64,000 nt of DNA, taken from Alphaproteobacteria bacterium. Its GTDB lineage: Bacteria; Pseudomonadota; Alphaproteobacteria; UBA2966. Position numbers and translations under genes: made by a program. Below, in pieces: positions 1 through 9,283 of this stretch. How positions within the stretch are numbered: position 1 is the first letter of the stretch; each line of letters begins with the position of its first letter. Location: assembly GCA_964291395.2 (NCBI GenBank), contig OZ219858.1:512001-576000 (forward strand), read 5' to 3'. The notes below the pieces were generated by a model. It searched no databases. It had not been told where the DNA came from and was given only the letters and a program-made list of their open reading frames with translations.

Positions 1-718
1 GCGGTGACAGGCTGCGCGGGTCGACGACCTCGATGTCGATCCCCTCGTCTTCGAGCAGGATCGCCGCCTCGAGGGCCTTCGACACCATCGGACCCACGGC
101 AACGACGGTGACGTCCTCCCCTTCGCGCTTGATGTCGGCCGCACCCAGGGGGATCGGCTCGACCGCTTCGGGCACTTCACCCTCGAGGCTGTAGATCCGC
201 TTGTATTCGAGAAACAGAACCGGATCCGGTTCGCGGACCGCGGTGGGAAACAGTCCCTTCGCGTCCCGCGGCGTGGAAGGCACGACCACGTGCAGCCCCG
301 GCACGTGCATGAACCAGGACTCCAGGGCTTGGCAGTGCTGGGCCGCCGAATACCGGGCAAGTCCGCAAGGCAGCCTCAGGACCATGGGCACGCTCGCCTG
401 ACCCCCGGTCATGTACCGCATCTTCGCCGCCTGATTGACGACCTCGTCCATGGCGATGGTCACGAAGTCGATGTACATGACCTCGGCGACCGGGCGCATG
501 CCGGCCAGCGCCGCCCCCACCGCGATCCCCACGATCGCCGCCTCCGAGATGGGCGTTTCGCGAATGCGGTCGGGGAAGGCCTCGGGAATCCCCTTCGTGA
601 CCGCGAGATTGCCGCCGTGGGTCGCGATGTCCTCGCCGATGAGGAACACGCGATCGTCCCGGGCCATCTCTTCGTGGATCGCCTCGTTCAGGGCGTCCCG
701 GAAGGTCATGGTCCTCAT
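1..718 (-). CDS. TPP-dependent 2-oxoacid/acetoin dehydrogenase E1 beta subunit (3' end runs off window)
   Basis: Translated by hand from the ATG at 718: MRTMTFRDALNEAIHEEMARDDRVFLIGEDI...ETPISEAAIVGIAVGAALAGMRPVAEVMYIDF. ATGA overlap with the E1 alpha stop. Confidence 0.9.
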   Translation of the reverse strand, partial: MRTMTFRDALNEAIHEEMARDDRVFLIGEDIATHGGNLAVTKGIPEAFPDRIRETPISEAAIVGIAVGAALAGMRPVAEVMYIDFVTIAMDEVVNQAAKMRYMTGGQASVPMVLRLPCGLARYSAAQHCQALESWFMHVPGLHVVVPSTPRDAKGLFPTAVREPDPVLFLEYKRIYSLEGEVPEAVEPIPLGAADIKREGEDVTVVAVGPMVSKALEAAILLEDEGIDIEVVDPRSLSP

Positions 719-1695
719 GACGCCGCCGCCTCGTCGACGTAGACGTCGGTGACGATCTCCTCGTCGGGCGGGAAGGGACTGGCCTCGGCGAAGGCGACCG
801 CCGATTCGATCTCGACCGCCGCGGCGGTCCGGATCGCGGCGTCCTCATCCTCGCCGAGCTGCTGACGTTCGATCAGATAGGTCCGCAACAGCTGGATGGG
901 GTCGCGTTCGGTCCGCCAATACTCGACCTCCTCCTTGTCCCGGTATTCCTGCAGATCCCCGGGGCTGTGGCCGTGAAAGCGGTAGGTCACGCATTCGATC
1001 AGGGTCGGCCCGCCGCCCGTCCGCGCGCGGTCGATCGCCCGGCTCGCGACCTCGCTCACCGCCAGCACGTCCTGGCCGTCAACGGATTCGCCCGGAATGC
1101 CGTAGGACGGCGCCATATCCCGGACCGACGTCACCTTGGTCATTCGCCTCTGCGGGATCCACTGCTGGTACTGGTTGTTCTCGCAGACGTAGATCACCGG
1201 AAGGTTCCAGATGGCGCCGATGTTGATCGCCTCGTGGAACGTGCCCCGCTGCATCGCGCCGTCGCCGAAAAAGCAGACGGTGACCCGGTCGTCGCCCCGC
1301 AACTGGCTCGCCAGCGCCGCACCCGTCGCCGGCCCGAACCCCCCGCCCACGACCCCGTTGGCGCCGAGCATGCCGACGGAGAAATCCGCGACGTGCATCG
1401 AGCCGCCCTTGCCCCGGCAGATGCCTCCCGCCCGCCCGAACAGCTCGGCCATCATCCGTTCGATGCGTCCGCCCTTGGCGATGAAGTGACCGTGACTGCG
1501 ATGTGTTCCGACGATGTAGTCATCGGGCCGCAGGTGGGCGCAAAACCCGACGGCGACGGCCTCCTCGCCGATGTACATGTGGAAGGAGCCCTGGACGTTG
1601 CCGAACGCTTGCTGCCGGTTCGCCTCCTCTTCGAAGAGGCGAATCCGCCACATGGTGCGGTACATCTCCTTGAGCCGTTCCGGTGCCGGTTCCAT
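715..1695 (-). CDS. TPP-dependent dehydrogenase E1 alpha subunit
   Basis: HMYIGEEAVA, THRSHGH, GKGGSMH, TPP motif GDGA...NNQY, TYRFHGHS. Confidence 0.92.
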   Translation of the reverse strand: MEPAPERLKEMYRTMWRIRLFEEEANRQQAFGNVQGSFHMYIGEEAVAVGFCAHLRPDDYIVGTHRSHGHFIAKGGRIERMMAELFGRAGGICRGKGGSMHVADFSVGMLGANGVVGGGFGPATGAALASQLRGDDRVTVCFFGDGAMQRGTFHEAINIGAIWNLPVIYVCENNQYQQWIPQRRMTKVTSVRDMAPSYGIPGESVDGQDVLAVSEVASRAIDRARTGGGPTLIECVTYRFHGHSPGDLQEYRDKEEVEYWRTERDPIQLLRTYLIERQQLGEDEDAAIRTAAAVEIESAVAFAEASPFPPDEEIVTDVYVDEAAAS

Positions 1696-1778
1696 GGCTT
1701 GCCTCCCGGATCAGGGATCCCGGCGTCGGCGCATTGAGCTCTCGAGCCCGTCGGGACGACGAACGCGGGAGACTCCGG

Positions 1779-2408
1779 CTACGCTTGCGCGCTGGGCCGG
1801 GCGCCGACCGTTTCGTGCCAGCGCTTGACGTTGGGGTGACCGTCGGGGATTCCGTCCTCGACCCGGGCGGCGAAATCGACCGCCACAAGCGCCGTGATGT
1901 CCGCCACGCTGAAGTCGGTCCCCGCGACGTGCTCGCTCTCGCCAAGCCGTTCGTTCAGCAAGTCCATGAAATAGGCGATGCGCCGGCGCCCCCGGTCCGC
2001 CATCGCCGGAATCTGTTCATGGCCGACCGGACCCGGCAAGGCGCGACCGGCGAACCGGTCGACGCTGTTGCGCAGCACCTCGCCGACGGCGAGCAGGCCG
2101 TCGACCTCGAGCTTGTGTTCCCAGCCGTCTATGGTCGCTCGTTCGATCGCCGTCATTCCCATGAGCGGCGGCTCGGGATGGGTGGCCTCCAAATAGCGGC
2201 AGATCGCCATGGCCTCTCGAATGCACGTGCCGTCATCGAGCTCGAGCACAGGCACGGTGCACCAAGGATTGACGGCCCGAAACCCATCCCCGTGCTGCTC
2301 GCGGGCCATCAGGTCGACCTGCTGCGTGGGCACGGAAATGCCCTTCTCGGCCAGGAAAATCCGTACCCGCCGAGGATTGGGGGCCCCTTCGAAGTCGTAG
2401 AGTTTCAT
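1779..2408 (-). CDS. Glutathione S-transferase family protein (GTT2-like)
   Basis: MKLYDFEGAPNPRRVRIFLAEKG, NPWCTVPVLELDDG, FSVADIT. Start moved to the internal ATG at 2408. Confidence 0.88.
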   Translation of the reverse strand: MKLYDFEGAPNPRRVRIFLAEKGISVPTQQVDLMAREQHGDGFRAVNPWCTVPVLELDDGTCIREAMAICRYLEATHPEPPLMGMTAIERATIDGWEHKLEVDGLLAVGEVLRNSVDRFAGRALPGPVGHEQIPAMADRGRRRIAYFMDLLNERLGESEHVAGTDFSVADITALVAVDFAARVEDGIPDGHPNVKRWHETVGARPSAQA

Positions 2409-2439
2409 GTGGTCGTTCCTCCCTGCGCCGCCGGCCGTT

Positions 2440-3009
2440 CTAGCCGCCATTCTGCCGGGCGCGTATCCAGCCGGCAAATGCGGTCAGCAATGCGCCGATC
2501 CGCTCCCGAGTGCCCTCATCCGTCAGATTGGCGGCGTCGTCGAACAGCGCTCGGGCGCCGGAAATCATCAACTCGGGCCGGTTCATGATGAGGCCGTTAA
2601 GGAATATGAAGGCCTGGCGCAAGTGGTACTGGCACCTCGTCGTGCCGCCGCCGCCCGGGCTCGCCCCCATGATGGCCATCGGCTTTCCGTCGAAGGGCTG
2701 GTCCGGGGGGCGCGAGGCCCAGTCGATCGCGTTCTTGAGGACGCCCGGAATGGAGTAGTTGTACTCCGGAGTCACGATAAGCAATCCATCCGCTGCCGCG
2801 ATCTGCGCGCGAAGCCGGAGGACCGCCTCGGGCATCCCTTCCGCCTCGACGTCACCGTCGTAGAGGGGGATCCCGGAGATATCGGCGATGTCGATCGACA
2901 TGCCGTCGGGGGCCAGGTCGCGGGCGGCGCGAAGAGCGCCTGAATTGAAGGATTTCGCGCGCAGACTGCCCGAGATTCCAAGCACGTCCAATCGGCCACC
3001 GTTCGTCAT
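2440..3009 (-). CDS. NAD(P)H-dependent FMN reductase (ChrR-like flavoprotein)
   Basis: ISGSLRAKSFN, TPEYNYSIPGVLKNAIDWASR, GASPGGGGTTRCQYHLRQ. Confidence 0.9.
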   Translation of the reverse strand: MTNGGRLDVLGISGSLRAKSFNSGALRAARDLAPDGMSIDIADISGIPLYDGDVEAEGMPEAVLRLRAQIAAADGLLIVTPEYNYSIPGVLKNAIDWASRPPDQPFDGKPMAIMGASPGGGGTTRCQYHLRQAFIFLNGLIMNRPELMISGARALFDDAANLTDEGTRERIGALLTAFAGWIRARQNGG

Positions 3010-3145
3010 GATCGTTCCACTCTCAAGGACAGTGTGCACGCCGTGCCCCGGCGCGTTCCACGGCATTCATGCGGGGCCGGCCTGGCTCGCGCCGGAGCGG
3101 CCCCGCTACCCACCCGAAGCGTTTCGGCGGACAGGGTATCGCCGC

Positions 3146-3850
3146 CTAGCGTTTCGATTTCGCCCGCTGTTCCCGCGCCAAGGCATTCGCGAGCGCGGCG
3201 AGATTGGGGACGGCATAGGTCGGCGTGACACCGATCGGCAGGGCCGGATGCCGGGCACGGTTGGTCCACGCGGTATCGAGGCCGCACGTGTCGGCGCCGG
3301 TGATCTCCCAGAAGTGACCCGTGACCCACAGGATCTCGCTCTTCCTGCAGCCGGCCTTGCGGACGCCAAGGTTGAAAACCTTGGGTGACGGCTTGAACGC
3401 CCGAACCTCCTCGCCGCTCGAGATGATGTCGTCGAAATACTCCTGGATACCGGCATACTCGGTGTGGTCGAGCAGCATCTGCTTGGTGGGGTTCGCGACG
3501 ATCTTCAGCTTGAGGCCGAGGCTCTTGAGCTTGCGAAGCGCGTCCGGAACGTCGGGGTACGCCCGCAGCTTGTGGTATTGGGACATCACGTCCCCGATGG
3601 CCTTCTCCGACAGCTTGACGTGGTGATGGTCGAGAGCCCAGCGAAGCGCCGCCTCCGTCAAACCCGGATGCGGCACGAAGCGGTCGCAGAGCGTGACGTA
3701 GAACATCGCCCACTTCTGTTGGAAGCGCCAGTCGCGTGAGATCTCGTTCGACAGATTGCTCTCGCCGACATAGGGCTCGAGCACCTCGGAAATCGAGTAG
3801 TTGTCGACGAGGGTTCCCCAGCTGTCGAAGAGCAGAACTTTGTACTTCAT
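3146..3850 (-). CDS. HAD-superfamily hydrolase, haloacid dehalogenase type II-like
   Basis: LFDSWGTLVD nucleophile motif, YPDVPDAL, KPSPKVF, GLDTAWTNR. GGAGA RBS before the ATG at 3850. Confidence 0.82.
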   Translation of the reverse strand: MKYKVLLFDSWGTLVDNYSISEVLEPYVGESNLSNEISRDWRFQQKWAMFYVTLCDRFVPHPGLTEAALRWALDHHHVKLSEKAIGDVMSQYHKLRAYPDVPDALRKLKSLGLKLKIVANPTKQMLLDHTEYAGIQEYFDDIISSGEEVRAFKPSPKVFNLGVRKAGCRKSEILWVTGHFWEITGADTCGLDTAWTNRARHPALPIGVTPTYAVPNLAALANALAREQRAKSKR

Positions 3851-4122
3851 CAGAGTCTCCCTAGTGCCGTGGTATGGCTGTGGATGGGTTCGATTGCGCG
3901 GAATCCACCCCGGCAACGACGCCCGTTTCGGCCCCGAAGTCTGCACGCCGATCTGAAGAATGTCTGCAATCTTCGGGGTAAACCTGTTCAAATCCTACAT
4001 TACACGGATATCTTGGATACAACCTGCGCGAAACGGCCGTCGTTGCCGGGCCGGATTCCTCGAATGCCACACGGAACCCATTTTCGCTTAACATTCAGAA
4101 ACCAAGAGAGGGAGGCCTCACC

Positions 4123-5112
4123 ATGATGGATCGCCAAGCGCGGCGGCGCAAAGTCACCATTCCCATGCTGCAGCGCAAGATGCGCGAGGGCGACGGGATC
4201 GTTCAACTCGCCGTCTACGATTACCGCAATGCCGTGATCGCCGACCGTCTCGGCGTCGACATCCTCTGCGTATCCGATACGGGCGGCATGATCCTGTTCG
4301 GCCACGGCAGCACCGTCAGCGTCACCTTCGACGAGGTGATGATGATGGCGAAGGCAATCGACCGCGGCACGCAATACGGGCTACGCATGGTCGACATGCC
4401 CTACTGGAGCTTTCACGTTTCGCCCGAACAGGCCGTCGACAATGCGGGCCGATTCGTCGCCGAAGCCAACGCCGAGGTGATGAAGTGCGAGGGCAATCGG
4501 CATCACGCCAAACACATGGAAGCGATCATCAAGGCCGGCATCCCCGTCCAGGGCCATATCGGCATCACGCCCATGCGAATGCCGCAGCTCGGCGGTTTCA
4601 CGGCTCAGGGGAAGACGGCCGACCGTGCCAAAGAGCTGATCGATGACGCCTGGGCGATGGTCGACGCCGGCTGTTTTTCGATTCTCTGCGAGGTGACCAC
4701 GGAAGAGGTCTGCCAGTACCTGACCGAAACGCTGCCGGTGCCCGTGATCAGCCTGGGGGCGGGGAACAAGGCGCACGGGGTGCACATCATCGGCTCGGAC
4801 CTGTTCCACCTGTATGAGGAGCATGTGCCCCGCCACTCCAAGATTTACACGGACCTCATCCCCATCATCGAGGACGTGTATCTGCGTTACATGGACGACG
4901 TGCGGAGCCATACCTACCCGGGACCCGAGCACACCGCCTATATGGCGGACGCCGAGCTCAAGAAGCTCATGAAGATGCTCGACTGGAAACCCGAGATGAA
5001 GAAGACCAAGGCGGAGCAAGAGGCGGCCAAACGCGTCACCCGGCCGGCCGCGGCAGCCAAGAAGCCAGGGGCGAAAAAGCCGGCCCGAGCCGCCGCCAGC
5101 AAGAAGAAATAG
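4123..5112 (+). CDS. panB: Ketopantoate hydroxymethyltransferase-like protein (divergent PanB) with Lys/Ala-rich tail
   Basis: AVYD, VDMPYWSF, KCEG, GHIGITP, QLGGFTAQGK, SLGAG, YPGPEH. Strong GGAGG RBS. Confidence 0.75.
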   Translation: MMDRQARRRKVTIPMLQRKMREGDGIVQLAVYDYRNAVIADRLGVDILCVSDTGGMILFGHGSTVSVTFDEVMMMAKAIDRGTQYGLRMVDMPYWSFHVSPEQAVDNAGRFVAEANAEVMKCEGNRHHAKHMEAIIKAGIPVQGHIGITPMRMPQLGGFTAQGKTADRAKELIDDAWAMVDAGCFSILCEVTTEEVCQYLTETLPVPVISLGAGNKAHGVHIIGSDLFHLYEEHVPRHSKIYTDLIPIIEDVYLRYMDDVRSHTYPGPEHTAYMADAELKKLMKMLDWKPEMKKTKAEQEAAKRVTRPAAAAKKPGAKKPARAAASKKK

Positions 5113-5115
5113 CGC

Positions 5116-5154
5116 CGCTGGAGCGCTTTCGGTTTGACCGGAAGCGCTCCAGCG
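5116..5154. repeat. Palindromic REP-like element (copy 1 of 2 related copies)
   Basis: CGCTGGAGCGCTTTCGG-TTTGA-CCGGAAGCGCTCCAGCG: 17-bp stem with one G-T pair. Shares the TTGACCGGAA core with 19399-19430. Confidence 0.65.
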
Positions 5155-5199
5155 TTCCTCGTCGTCACCGATTCCGCCGCCCGGCCGCGTCGCGGCCTC

Positions 5200-5232
5200 C
5201 ATGGCGGTTCAAGTCCGACTTGAACCGCCATG
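5200..5232. repeat. Perfect 16-bp inverted repeat
   Basis: CATGGCGGTTCAAGTC-C-GACTTGAACCGCCATG. Confidence 0.8.
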
Positions 5233-6013
5233 TCGCTGCGCCCGCCGCGCAGCCCGACGAACGGGTGCCAGCCAGTTGCCCCCTGCAGACTTCCTCGATC
5301 TCAGGTTTCTCGCCGCCGCAATCGTCACGGCGGTGTCCGGCATCATGCGCGGGTTCACAGGTACCGGATCGGCGCTGATCACCGCGCCGTTGTTCACGCT
5401 TCTGTTCGGTCCTCAGGCCGCCATCGGCACGATCGCCCTCTTGGAGATCGGCATCGCCCTTCAACTCATGCCGAATGCCGTGCGGCTGACGCCCTGGCGG
5501 GTCGTGGCGCCTATGACGGTCGTGGGTTCTCTGGTCGTGCCGCTGGGTGCCTGGGCGCTGATCGTCGCCGACGAGACGCTCATGAGGCGTCTCATAGCGC
5601 TCGTCGTCCTGGCGTTTTCGTTGATCTTGTTGTCGGGCTGGCGCTATCCGGGCCAACCCGCACCGGCGAGTTCCATCGCGATCGGAGGACTGAGCGGCAT
5701 CCTGAATGGCGCCACCGGGATGGGCGGCCCGCCGGTAACCCTCTACATCCTTGCCGCGCCGTGGGCGATGGAGGTCGCCCGTGCCGCGCTCATCAGTCAC
5801 GCCTGTCTGATCATGGTGCCGACGTTCGGCTCCCTTGCGGTTGGCGGCGTCGTCACCGGGACTATCGTCTGGCGCGCCTTCCTCCTGCTCCCCGTGTACG
5901 TCGTGACGACCTGGATCGGAAGCCGCGCGTTCCGGACCGCGGACGAGGCTGCGTTCCGACGGGCCGCGCTATGGTTGCTGGTCGTCGTCGCGGTCGCTAC
6001 GTTGATCGTTTGA
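5201..6013 (+). CDS. Sulfite exporter TauE/SafE family membrane protein (start uncertain; TTG at 5276 is an alternative)
   Basis: Hydrophobic throughout, with the paired TauE motifs GIMRGFTGTGSAL and SGILNGATGMGGPP. Confidence 0.8.
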   Translation: MAVQVRLEPPCRCARRAARRTGASQLPPADFLDLRFLAAAIVTAVSGIMRGFTGTGSALITAPLFTLLFGPQAAIGTIALLEIGIALQLMPNAVRLTPWRVVAPMTVVGSLVVPLGAWALIVADETLMRRLIALVVLAFSLILLSGWRYPGQPAPASSIAIGGLSGILNGATGMGGPPVTLYILAAPWAMEVARAALISHACLIMVPTFGSLAVGGVVTGTIVWRAFLLLPVYVVTTWIGSRAFRTADEAAFRRAALWLLVVVAVATLIV

Positions 6014-6035
6014 CAGGACAGTGCAGGGAGCCTCC

Positions 6036-6839
6036 ATGAAGGAAAATCCACTCAGGGCGCTGTGGCGCGAAGGCAAGACGGCCGTCAACGGCTGGTTGAC
6101 CATTCCCAGCGGCCATTCCGCGGAAGTCATGGCGCATCAGGGATTCGACTCCGTCACGGTCGACACCCAGCACGGGATGATCCACTACGACACGGCTCTG
6201 GAGTGTCTGAGAGCAATATGGACGACCGACGCCGTACCCTTGGCGCGCGTGCCGTGGAACGAGCCCGGAATCATCACGAAAATGCTGGATTCCGGCGCCT
6301 TGGGTATCATCTGTCCGATGATCAACTCGCCGGAAGAAGCCGCGGAACTCGTCGCCAACTGCCGCTACGCGCCGGACGGCAACCGCAGTTTCGGTCCGAC
6401 GCGAATCCTGATGCGCATCGGGCCGGATTACGTAACGAACTCGAAAGACCTGGTGCTCGTGATCGGCATGATCGAGACGCAGGAAGCTTTGGACAATGTG
6501 GAGGCGATTGCCGCGACCCCCGGATTGGACGGCCTGTATATCGGTCCTTCCGACCTCTCGCTGTCGCTCGGCCTGACACCGCATCAGGATTCGCGGGAGC
6601 CCGTCATGGTCAAAGCCATAGGCCGAATACTCGCCGCCGCGAAGGACAACGGCATTGTTGCCGGGATCCACAACGCGAGCGGCGCATACGCCCGTGAAAT
6701 GGGCGAGAAGGGATTCGATCTGGTGTCGGTCAGCAACGACACCCGCTTGCTGGCCGATGCCGCGAGTGCCGCGGTGTCGGGCGCTCGGGGAAACGCCGTG
6801 CCGGGAGAGGCCGCGACGGGGTCGGGCGGTGGATACTGA
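6036..6839 (+). CDS. HpcH/HpaI class II aldolase family protein
   Basis: GFDSVTVDTQHG, ARVPWNEP, LDSGALGIICPMINS, MIETQEALDNVEAIAATPGLDGLYIGPSDL. Confidence 0.9.
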   Translation: MKENPLRALWREGKTAVNGWLTIPSGHSAEVMAHQGFDSVTVDTQHGMIHYDTALECLRAIWTTDAVPLARVPWNEPGIITKMLDSGALGIICPMINSPEEAAELVANCRYAPDGNRSFGPTRILMRIGPDYVTNSKDLVLVIGMIETQEALDNVEAIAATPGLDGLYIGPSDLSLSLGLTPHQDSREPVMVKAIGRILAAAKDNGIVAGIHNASGAYAREMGEKGFDLVSVSNDTRLLADAASAAVSGARGNAVPGEAATGSGGGY

Positions 6840-6851
6840 TCGTCCGTCGAA

Positions 6852-7841
6852 ATGAGCAAGAAGAAAATCCTGATCTGTGCCTGGCAACTGGACAAGCGAC
6901 GGGGCTCATGGTTGCGGAAGCTGGAAGCTGCCGGCTTTGACGTCCGGTTCAATCCGCTCGGGCGCAAGTACACGCAGGAAGAACTGACCCGGCATCTGCC
7001 CGGAACCTACGCTACCATCGCGAGCAGCGAGCCCTATAACGACCAGACGCTTTCGGTGGCTCCGGAGCTGCGGATCATCGCGCGCTGGGGAGTCGGATAC
7101 GACCAAGTCGACGTCGACGCCGCGACCCGCCACGGAGTCGCGGTTGCGATGGCATTCGGCGCCAACCACGAGGCGGTCGCGGACGCCGCTTTCGCGCTGA
7201 TGTCGAGCCTGGCAAACGATGTGCTTCAGTACCACCGTCTGGTCGCGGGCGGCGGCTGGGGCGGGCGGTATCATGTCGGTCTCCACGAGAAAACGGTGGG
7301 AATCGTCGGCCTTGGCCGGATCGGCCGCGCCGTCGCGCGGCGGTGCCGGGGATTCGGAACGCGGATCCTCGGCTACGACCCTCCCCTCTCCGACGACGCG
7401 ATACGTGGCTTCGGCGTCGAGCCGGCCTCGCTCGAGGCGCTGCTCGGAAAGTCGGACTTCGTCTCCCTTCACGCGCCGCGCTCACCGGAAACGGAGCGAC
7501 TCATCAATCGCGAGACGCTCGCCCTCATGAAGCCGAGCGCGTACCTCATCAACACGTCGCGCGGCAGCGTCGTGGACGAGGCCGCCTTGATCGAGGCCTT
7601 GACCGGCGGCGTCATCGCCGGCGCGGGGCTCGACGTGTTCGAGACCGAGCCCCCGGTGGGATCACCCCTGCTCAAGCTAGATAACGTGCTTCTCATGCCG
7701 CATTCGGCCGGCGCCAGTTCCGATGCCGTCGAGGGTGTGTCGGAGCGGTGCGTCGATTCGATCATCGCCATCCACCAGGGCCGAGACCCCGGCGACGGCC
7801 TGGTGCTGAACCCCGAGGTTCTGTCGGGCGCAGGCACCTGA
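6852..7841 (+). CDS. D-isomer-specific 2-hydroxyacid dehydrogenase (SerA-like)
   Basis: IARWGVGYDQVD, GIVGLGRIG, INTSRGSVVDE, AGLDVFETEP, PHSAG. Confidence 0.9.
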   Translation: MSKKKILICAWQLDKRRGSWLRKLEAAGFDVRFNPLGRKYTQEELTRHLPGTYATIASSEPYNDQTLSVAPELRIIARWGVGYDQVDVDAATRHGVAVAMAFGANHEAVADAAFALMSSLANDVLQYHRLVAGGGWGGRYHVGLHEKTVGIVGLGRIGRAVARRCRGFGTRILGYDPPLSDDAIRGFGVEPASLEALLGKSDFVSLHAPRSPETERLINRETLALMKPSAYLINTSRGSVVDEAALIEALTGGVIAGAGLDVFETEPPVGSPLLKLDNVLLMPHSAGASSDAVEGVSERCVDSIIAIHQGRDPGDGLVLNPEVLSGAGT

Positions 7842-7849
7842 CGACCTCG

Positions 7850-8875
7850 ATGGATCCGACCGCGCAGCGCAGATTGGGTCGAACCGACGTCGAATTGACG
7901 CTGGTGGGCCTGGGCAGCGCTCCGCTGGGAGGGTTTCGTGGAACCATCCCGGAGGATGTCGCCCTGGCGACGGTCTGGTCCGCCTACAACGCGGGGATCA
8001 CATACTTCGACACCTCTCCGTACTATGGTTACGGCCGGTCCGAACACCGGTTCGGTCAGGTTCTGCGTCAGGTGGACCGCGGGTCCTTCGTGCTGTCGAC
8101 CAAGGTCGGGCGGACGCTCAGCCCGCTGCCGCCGGGCGCTCCGCGGCCCGGCGGGTATCGCGACGGCGGCCTCCCCTTCGCACCGACCTACGACTACAGC
8201 TACGACGGCACGATGCGGTCGATCGAGGACTCGTACCAACGGCTCGGGCTTCCCAGCATCGACGTCGTCTTCATTCACGACGTCGATCTCTACACCCATA
8301 AAGACCAAGACCTGGTGGATCGCTATTTCGGCGAAGCCATGGAGGGCGCCTATGTCGCATTGGATGAGCTGCGAAGGGCGGGTGACATTCGCGCCATCGG
8401 CGGCGGCCTCAACGACGCGGTTTCCTGTGCCCGTTTTCTCCGCGCCGGGGATTTCGACTGCATGATGCTGGCCGGGCGTTACACCCTCCTCGACCAGCGT
8501 GCCCTCGACGACCTGCTGCCATTGTGCCAGGAGCGAGACGCCGGACTCCTGATCGCAGGGCCCTTCAATTCCGGAATCCTCGCGACGGGGCCCGTCGACG
8601 GCGCCAAATACGACTACAGTGACGCGACGCCGGAGGTCCTTCGCAAGGTGCGGGCCATCGACGCCGTGTGCCGCAATCACGACGTGGCCCTGCAGGCTGC
8701 CGCGCTCCAATTTCCGTTGGCCCATCCGTGCGTGTGCGCCGTGGTTCCGGGCGCCATGAAACCGGAAGAGGTCGAGGCAAACCTGACCCACTTCAGGGCC
8801 CCGATTCCCGCCGAGCTGTGGCTGGAGCTCAAGCATGAAAGGTTGATTGCCGAAGCCGCGCCGCTACCCACGTAG
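7850..8875 (+). CDS. Aldo/keto reductase (D-threo-aldose 1-dehydrogenase-like)
   Basis: GLGSAPLGG, YFDTSPYYGYGRSE, LSTKVGR, FIHDVD, LAGRYTLLDQ, GPFNSGILATG. Confidence 0.88.
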   Translation: MDPTAQRRLGRTDVELTLVGLGSAPLGGFRGTIPEDVALATVWSAYNAGITYFDTSPYYGYGRSEHRFGQVLRQVDRGSFVLSTKVGRTLSPLPPGAPRPGGYRDGGLPFAPTYDYSYDGTMRSIEDSYQRLGLPSIDVVFIHDVDLYTHKDQDLVDRYFGEAMEGAYVALDELRRAGDIRAIGGGLNDAVSCARFLRAGDFDCMMLAGRYTLLDQRALDDLLPLCQERDAGLLIAGPFNSGILATGPVDGAKYDYSDATPEVLRKVRAIDAVCRNHDVALQAAALQFPLAHPCVCAVVPGAMKPEEVEANLTHFRAPIPAELWLELKHERLIAEAAPLPT

Positions 8876-8931
8876 AACCGACCGAGGACGCGCCGTGAGA
8901 AGGCCGCCGACCGGAACGGCCGCACCGAACG

Positions 8932-9123
8932 TCAGAAGTCCTTGGCGATTCCCTTTCTTTCCCAGTCTCCGTAGCGCGTCGGTTCGGGACCGACAGGACC
9001 GCCCTGTTCTTCGCGCGGTGCGTCGTTCCGTTTCCGCTTCGGTGTTCCGGCTTGGTCTGCCGCCGCGGCCTTGGCATCGGGCTGCGTGGATGCGCCCTCG
9101 TCCGACTTGATATCCGTTTCCAT
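8932..9123 (-). CDS. DUF1674 / succinate dehydrogenase assembly factor 4-like small protein
   Basis: C-terminal signature EQGGPVGPEPTRYGDWERKGIAKDF. Confidence 0.88.
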   Translation of the reverse strand: METDIKSDEGASTQPDAKAAAADQAGTPKRKRNDAPREEQGGPVGPEPTRYGDWERKGIAKDF

Positions 9124-9283
9124 GGGCTGGAACCTCGGTTCCGTCACGGGGTCTTTGGCACCTGTCACCAAGGCCCTGACATGCATGAACGAGCGGCCCT
9201 CCGTCAATGGGTCGACAATGAACGCGAAGAGATGCCTGCAGACCGTAATCGACAGAGCGATGGGCGTGCGCTAAAGCCATGCC

